Under the pieces are notes generated by a model, which saw only the letters and a list, made by a program, of their open reading frames with translations, ran no database searches and had not been told where the DNA came from. This document shows positions 15,646-20,000 of a stretch of DNA of 20,000 bases, in pieces. This stretch comes from an uncultured virus (IMG/VR IMGVR_UViG_3300042484_003076) (Duplodnaviria; Heunggongvirae; Uroviricota; Caudoviricetes). Position 1 is the first letter of the stretch. Each line of letters starts with the position of its first letter. The position numbers and the translations under genes were made by a program. The DNA is taken from IMG/VR virus record IMGVR_UViG_3300042484_003076; one strand, given 5' to 3'.

Positions 15646-15857
15646 CCCAACAAATCAAGATCGCCTATCTACTCCAGCGATTTATATCAGATCGCAGCGA
15701 GTGGAAAACACTACGCACCAACAAAAAAGAATCTGATGCAATCAAATTACTAAAAAGGATGAGATTGAGACATCCTGAATTACAGTATCGGGTTGCGATT
15801 GAAGAAGAGACTACTACGATTACTGTTGTAAAGGTTGTTAGAGGTATTGAATTATGA
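15642..15857 (+). CDS. Hypothetical protein
   Basis: GTGA overlap; GAGG RBS. Confidence 0.65.
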   Translation: MTQQIKIAYLLQRFISDRSEWKTLRTNKKESDAIKLLKRMRLRHPELQYRVAIEEETTTITVVKVVRGIEL

Positions 15858-16219
15858 TTTACGAACTCAGTCGCGATTACGATCGCGCATGGAAATTGAT
15901 ACAGCAAGGCGAAAAGCTTGCGTGTTGGGTTGATTGCAGTGATAGGGATGACAGATGCACTACTGCTATAAGTAAAGATGATGATTGCTTATTTTTTCTT
16001 CAGCCAAGTATCTTTGACGATTGGCAAGAAAAGATTCTGAATCTAAGCCATTTTGAGCGATTTGACAAGCGTTGCACAGAGCGTAATGCAGAATTTTATC
16101 TACCACTTGCTGACAATATGATCGTGATTTCTGAGGAGCGTTTAACAGAAATAACCTCAAAAGTCATTGACAGGAATTTTGAAAATTTAAAAAAATATCG
16201 TAAGGGAGAAGCATCATGA
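15854..16219 (+). CDS. Hypothetical protein
   Basis: ATGA overlaps at both ends. Confidence 0.7.
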   Translation: MIYELSRDYDRAWKLIQQGEKLACWVDCSDRDDRCTTAISKDDDCLFFLQPSIFDDWQEKILNLSHFERFDKRCTERNAEFYLPLADNMIVISEERLTEITSKVIDRNFENLKKYRKGEAS

Positions 16220-16887
16220 AAACACCGCCGATCGCATTCACAGAAGACAATTTTTGCGCTGTTCTCAACGGTACTAAAACCGAGACACGCCGATTACTCA
16301 CGATCAAAGGCGAAACCCAAGACGAAGTGACTCAAATCTCAAAGATAGAGCGCAACGAAAAGGGCAACTATTTGTTCTTGGGCGACGAGCTTAAGCCTAA
16401 ATACAACATAGGCGATCGTCCCTACCTGACGGAGCCAACGCAAAACCTAGCTGGCGCTGATTACACAAACAAAAAACTGCATATTCAGTATTTTTGGCAT
16501 AGTCCAGAATCTAAGTGGGTAACTCCTACTGAGCAAGATTTGATAAAAATCAACAACCGCAAAACTGGCTTATACTCAAAACAAAACGCCCGTTTCATGC
16601 TGAAGTCCTTTGCCCGTTACTGGGTTGAGATTGTTGATGTGAAGTTAGAGCGATTGCTTGATATCACGGCTGAGTCGGCGATCGCTGAAGGAATACCTTA
16701 CGTCACTCCTTATTCTAAGAAGGACGTAAGGGTTTACAAAAACTATGTAACAGGGGAATGGACTAGGCATAATCCAATTGATTCCTATATCTCAGAGATC
16801 GAGATGCTGCATGGCAAGGCGATCGCTAATTCAAACCCTTGGCTATGGGTGTATAAATTTAAATTTATAGGTATTAACAATGGCTAA
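16216..16887 (+). CDS. Phage ASCH/PUA-like domain protein
   Basis: I.F......VL.G.KT.TRR, FM....AR...EI.DV..ERL.DIT...A.AEG and NPW.WV..F. Confidence 0.75.
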   Translation: MKTPPIAFTEDNFCAVLNGTKTETRRLLTIKGETQDEVTQISKIERNEKGNYLFLGDELKPKYNIGDRPYLTEPTQNLAGADYTNKKLHIQYFWHSPESKWVTPTEQDLIKINNRKTGLYSKQNARFMLKSFARYWVEIVDVKLERLLDITAESAIAEGIPYVTPYSKKDVRVYKNYVTGEWTRHNPIDSYISEIEMLHGKAIANSNPWLWVYKFKFIGINNG

Positions 16888-17092
16888 AACTCAAACACTC
16901 GCGGATCTTAACCGCATTGCAATCGCTAAGCATGGAGAAGATCAAGCTTGGGCATTGGCAATAATAAAAGGAAATCCAAGACATAAAAAGACTTGGCAAC
17001 AGGTTATCGATCACCCTACACGCACACCTGAAGAAGCGCTAAAGCATCAAATTTGGCAAGAGAAAATGAAGAAACAGCTTGAGAGTGAGTAA
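16880..17092 (+). CDS. Hypothetical protein
   Basis: Overlaps the ASCH gene stop. Confidence 0.65.
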   Translation: MAKTQTLADLNRIAIAKHGEDQAWALAIIKGNPRHKKTWQQVIDHPTRTPEEALKHQIWQEKMKKQLESE

Positions 17093-17094
17093 TT

Positions 17095-17256
17095 ATGGCA
17101 ACCAGAAAATCAGCACCCAAAAAAGAACTGACGGTTGAGGCAACGCCGATCATTGAGCGATACCGATCGCGCCACACTTGGGCGGAGTTCGTTGCGCTGT
17201 ATGTTCCTGCGGATGCGGATAAGTACCCGACGATGCATAGGGAGTATTTAAAATAA
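17095..17256 (+). CDS. 53 aa hypothetical protein (not in ORF track): MATRKSAPKKELTVE...
   Basis: Starts 2 nt after the previous stop and ends at the terminator. Confidence 0.6.
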   Translation: MATRKSAPKKELTVEATPIIERYRSRHTWAEFVALYVPADADKYPTMHREYLK

Positions 17257-17303
17257 AAAAAAGAACTACTTGAATTATTCAAGTAGTTCTTTTTTTTATT
17301 TTA
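17249..17303. terminator. Bidirectional terminator
   Basis: Perfect inverted repeat with 27-bp arms (A8-GAACTACTTGAA...TTCAAGTAGTTC-T8) between convergent stops. Confidence 0.85.
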
Positions 17304-17496
17304 TTTCTCGCTGCCAATCGTGGCAATCATTTGCTGCATAAAACTTGGCGCTATCCCGTGGCGGTACTTTGGTACAGAGCCGCCAATTATTAAATCTGCA
17401 GTTGTGGCAACCTTTCAGCGATCGCACATCATGGGTATTTTCCAATAGGACGGGGTAAGACTCTTGTACTTGATATTCGGTAAGTTGTGGCGACAT
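17296..17496 (-). CDS. Small Cys-rich protein
   Basis: CHNCRF...LC...P......C.DW pattern; stop lies in the terminator. Confidence 0.6.
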   Translation of the reverse strand: MSPQLTEYQVQESYPVLLENTHDVRSLKGCHNCRFNNWRLCTKVPPRDSAKFYAANDCHDWQREIK

Positions 17497-17569
17497 GTTT
17501 TATTTTGTGTTTTAACAGTTATAATTTAAAAGCATTGTTACCTTTGTTTAACCTGTTGCCTTCTTGATC

Positions 17570-17608
17570 AAAGGCGGATCGCACTCCCTACAGCGATCCG
17601 CCTTTTTT
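17570..17608 (+). terminator. Hairpin with plus-strand T-tract (may end an sRNA)
   Basis: AAAGGCGGATCGC / GCGATCCGCCTTT 13-bp stem, T6 on the plus strand. Confidence 0.6.
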
Positions 17609-17905
17609 ATTTGCTTGTAACAGTTTGTAGGCATTACTCCAATCTGAGTAATGCCTAATATCCACAACAGTGGTTATAGGGAAAACAAAGGCATCAGGAT
17701 AGTCCCCTAGCTCTTTTGCATACTCTAAAGCGATTGTAGCTACTTCGTAGGTAGTGGAAAAATCAGCATCAGCAATATTGCTTACAGGCGTTTGGTTTTC
17801 ACTGCCCAAAAACATCCATTGGGATGTTATGGGTGAAGTTTCTATAATTTGTAGGACGACCACAAATCTTTCAAGTGTGTAGGAATGTTCTTGATTAGGA
17901 GTCAT
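17588..17905 (-). CDS. Hypothetical protein
   Basis: ORF track; 5 nt after the upstream gene. Confidence 0.65.
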   Translation of the reverse strand: MTPNQEHSYTLERFVVVLQIIETSPITSQWMFLGSENQTPVSNIADADFSTTYEVATIALEYAKELGDYPDAFVFPITTVVDIRHYSDWSNAYKLLQANKKGGSL

Positions 17906-17910
17906 AAGGG

Positions 17911-18150
17911 TTATCTGTATTTTTGCTCACATTCGTAATCGCGATCCGACTCTAATCGCGCCTCGATATCGCTTACTTGCTGCTCTAATTTGGTGACGCG
18001 ATCGCTAAGCGTTGGATTTGTTTGTATACCCAGCTCTTTTTCTAAAGCAATAGTAGCGATCTGTGTTTTACTTTCCTTTGTCTCAGCAATACGTTTGGCA
18101 ATCGCCTCGTCCAACCTGTCAGGAATCTGACAACCAAGAAATTTAGTCAT
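17911..18150 (-). CDS. RHH/CopG-like regulator with coiled-coil tail
   Basis: KFLGCQIP..L...I......T.ESKT.I...AL...L followed by heptads RV.KLE..V..IE.RL. Confidence 0.6.
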   Translation of the reverse strand: MTKFLGCQIPDRLDEAIAKRIAETKESKTQIATIALEKELGIQTNPTLSDRVTKLEQQVSDIEARLESDRDYECEQKYR

Positions 18151-18183
18151 ATTTAATCAAATAAAAATTTATTTAATAATAAC

Positions 18184-18212
18184 TTGACAAATGGCATTTA
18201 AAAGATTTTAAT
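18184..18212 (+). promoter_or_regulatory. Putative rightward promoter
   Basis: TTGACA-17-TTTAAT in an AT-rich divergent intergenic region. Confidence 0.5.
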
Positions 18213-18225
18213 TTTATTTAATTCA

Positions 18226-18286
18226 TTCATGAGATATCTCATGAAGCATTCGTGAGGTACTCCATAAAACATCTCATGACACATAT
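18226..18286. repeat. Degenerate 12-bp tandem array containing a perfect 20-bp palindrome
   Basis: CATGAGATATCT / CATGAAGCATT / CGTGAGGTACTC / CATAAAACATCT / CATGACACATAT; TTCATGAGATATCTCATGAA at 18226-18245. Confidence 0.65.
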
Positions 18287-18515
18287 AGATCAGGTTAAAT
18301 CTTTAGCTAGTTGGGCTAAAGATTTTGATATTTCTGAAGGGACTCTAGCTAGATGGTTTTATGGCTATGGGTTAGAGGCTCCGATAGATACAAGTAAAAT
18401 TCGGCTTGCTCTTTTCTACGGTAGAGGGCAATGCGAAAAAGCAAGAGGCGCAACTCGCCAAAACGCGATCGCTAATCTCCAAAAAATTAATCAAGCATTA
18501 CAGGTGACACAATGA
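18252..18515 (+). CDS. Putative HTH DNA-binding protein
   Basis: SLASWAKDFDISEGTLARW resembles an HTH; start uncertain (GTG 18252 or ATG 18276). Confidence 0.6.
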   Translation: MRYSIKHLMTHIDQVKSLASWAKDFDISEGTLARWFYGYGLEAPIDTSKIRLALFYGRGQCEKARGATRQNAIANLQKINQALQVTQ

Positions 18516-18868
18516 CTGAAGATGAACTAAAAGCACAGGAAGCGGGAAAATCTAGTCAGCGAACTGCAAGCAAAAAAAATCAGCAAGCAGATTCTGGATC
18601 ACAAGAAACTTTCATTAATACTGATCTGACTGAAGACTATAACTCTGGGCGTGAGCTTATTCGCCAAAGAGTAAAAGCTTTTGGTGCTGGCATGAAAGAT
18701 GAAATGGAATTAGTCCAGCAAGCTCTGAAAGGGTTCTCAGGCGGTAGGTTTGTGATTGCTGAAGCTACTTATCAGCGACCAATGCTTGCTCCATCTGAAG
18801 AGCAGGCTAGAGAATCAGTAATGTCTTTGATTTACGCACCTTCTTCTGTTTCTCAAGAGGTGGCATGA
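18512..18868 (+). CDS. Hypothetical protein
   Basis: ATGA overlaps. Confidence 0.7.
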   Translation: MTEDELKAQEAGKSSQRTASKKNQQADSGSQETFINTDLTEDYNSGRELIRQRVKAFGAGMKDEMELVQQALKGFSGGRFVIAEATYQRPMLAPSEEQARESVMSLIYAPSSVSQEVA

Positions 18869-19488
18869 TGTCAAGCGATTTAGCAATTATTGACGATGCA
18901 GCCGCAATCATGCGATCTCTTCCGCATGAATTACACAATGATTCATTTATGCAAGATTGCGTTATTGAAGGTTTGCAGCACGGCTTGTCTAATCATGAAG
19001 TAAGGCTAATTGCTCTAGAAGCAGTACCAGCCAGACTCAAAAAACTAGAAGAAACAGTTGCACATGGTTTCAATCTAGTAAACAACGAAATTCAAGGCAT
19101 TAAGCATGAAGCAGAAAAGGATCGCATTCATGCCAACTATGCAAAGCAAGCTGCTGAAAAAGCACAGGCGATCGCTGAACAAGCATGGCTTAAAACCCAA
19201 GAAGTAGCGATCGGTGTTGCCAAAGCTGAGGCTAAAGCAGATGGTGCGCGTGACCTTGCTAAGCAACCTCGTGGATTTGGGATAGATCCCTATTGGGGTA
19301 TGGGCTTAACCGCGATCGCTATTTTTGTCACTCTTGCCATGTTTACCAGAGTTGAAAAAGTAGAAGAGTATAAGCCACGCACTCAATCTCAGCAATCCGC
19401 GCCAATTTATTCATGTGATCGCTCTGCTATCAATGTTTCTGGCACTACAGATTTTAGTAAGTGCAAAAAGTTGAGTGGTGAAGTATGA
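18865..19488 (+). CDS. Coiled-coil protein with one C-terminal TM segment
   Basis: Ala/Glu/Lys-rich helix, then WGMGLTAIAIFVTLAMF. Confidence 0.75.
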   Translation: MMSSDLAIIDDAAAIMRSLPHELHNDSFMQDCVIEGLQHGLSNHEVRLIALEAVPARLKKLEETVAHGFNLVNNEIQGIKHEAEKDRIHANYAKQAAEKAQAIAEQAWLKTQEVAIGVAKAEAKADGARDLAKQPRGFGIDPYWGMGLTAIAIFVTLAMFTRVEKVEEYKPRTQSQQSAPIYSCDRSAINVSGTTDFSKCKKLSGEV

Positions 19489-19622
19489 CTAATTATGCGT
19501 GGGCTTTTTGGATGGCTCTCTTTTCCGTTTGGATTGTTTACGGAATTAGCAAAATGTTGCCATCTATTCCAATATCAATTACAGAAAAAGGAGCTTTGAT
19601 ATGGCAACTTCCCAAGAAGTAA
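19485..19622 (+). CDS. 45 aa single-TM peptide (not in ORF track): MTNYAWAFWMALFSVWIVYG...
   Basis: ATGA overlap; hydrophobic N-terminus. Confidence 0.55.
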   Translation: MTNYAWAFWMALFSVWIVYGISKMLPSIPISITEKGALIWQLPKK

Positions 19623-20000
19623 AGGCGGCGCTAGCTCAAAAGATGGCAGGGGGTAGCGCTCCTGCAAGGGATAGCGCTCCTGTTAGTTCTAATTCAGACG
19701 GCGAACAAATACAAGATCGCTTTATTAAAGGAACCTTGATAGACGATCGCATTATTGGATTTTTGCAAAAAGCCGCCACTATTATTTTTATAGTCGCTTT
19801 GCTTGGCGCTTTGTGGTTATGGGCTGAAAGATCTTTTGGAGTAAAAGTTTTAGCTCCTTATCGCATTTGGTCGCCTTCAATATTCATGGTTGTAATGATG
19901 TTTGTGACTAAGCCATTTTTGCGACTTGGTTGGTTTGGATGGGCTTTTGTTCTAGTCCAATCAATTAACCTATCTGGCTATCTATTCCAGACTATTCAAA
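19601..20000 (+). CDS. Multi-TM membrane protein, truncated by the window end (MATSQEVKAALAQKM...)
   Basis: AAGGAG RBS; open to position 20000; about three hydrophobic segments. Confidence 0.7.
   Translation, partial: MATSQEVKAALAQKMAGGSAPARDSAPVSSNSDGEQIQDRFIKGTLIDDRIIGFLQKAATIIFIVALLGALWLWAERSFGVKVLAPYRIWSPSIFMVVMMFVTKPFLRLGWFGWAFVLVQSINLSGYLFQTIQ

Larger units (their letters stand above)
1..20000. mobile_element. Interior of a cyanobacterial prophage / phage-plasmid (early, regulatory and nucleotide-metabolism genes); no boundaries visible
   Basis: Phage-type gene set (Bet, BRO-N, ASCH, dcd, orphan Dcm, many short overlapping hypotheticals), no housekeeping genes, frequent HIP1. No integrase, att site or virion genes in the window. 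Confidence 0.75.

Noticed and set aside
14241..19266. ORFs 14241..14432, 15665..15907, 15966..16160, 17016..17282, 19075..19266
   Set aside because: Antisense to coherent plus-strand operons

Overview
The window looks like the non-structural (early/regulatory) region of a cyanobacterial temperate phage or phage-plasmid. The cyanobacterial assignment rests on dense HIP1 GCGATCGC octamers. The phage-like assignment rests on Bet/RecT, BRO-N, XRE/RHH regulators, an orphan C5 DNA methylase, dCTP deaminase, a P-loop kinase, ASCH and many small overlapping ORFs. Three divergent promoter/operator switches (~8.05, ~14.2, ~18.2 kb) and strong bidirectional terminators (~8.66, ~17.27 kb) organise it. 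The main feature is at 0.1-4.5 kb: an array-less type IV-B-like Cas module on the minus strand (cas11-like, csf2, csf3, cysH-like) at the end of a ~7 kb coupled phage operon. It is unusual in carrying an inserted cupin and a Cmx6-type cas6. Its csf1-like gene appears to break off after ~20 codons, exactly where a ~146-nt strongly base-paired RNA-like element begins. Other signals are related 11/12-bp tandem arrays upstream of cas6 and at 18.2 kb, a candidate anti-Shine-Dalgarno sRNA at 17.5 kb and a Lys-Pro micropeptide. All family calls come from motif recognition by eye; no database searches or folding programs were run.
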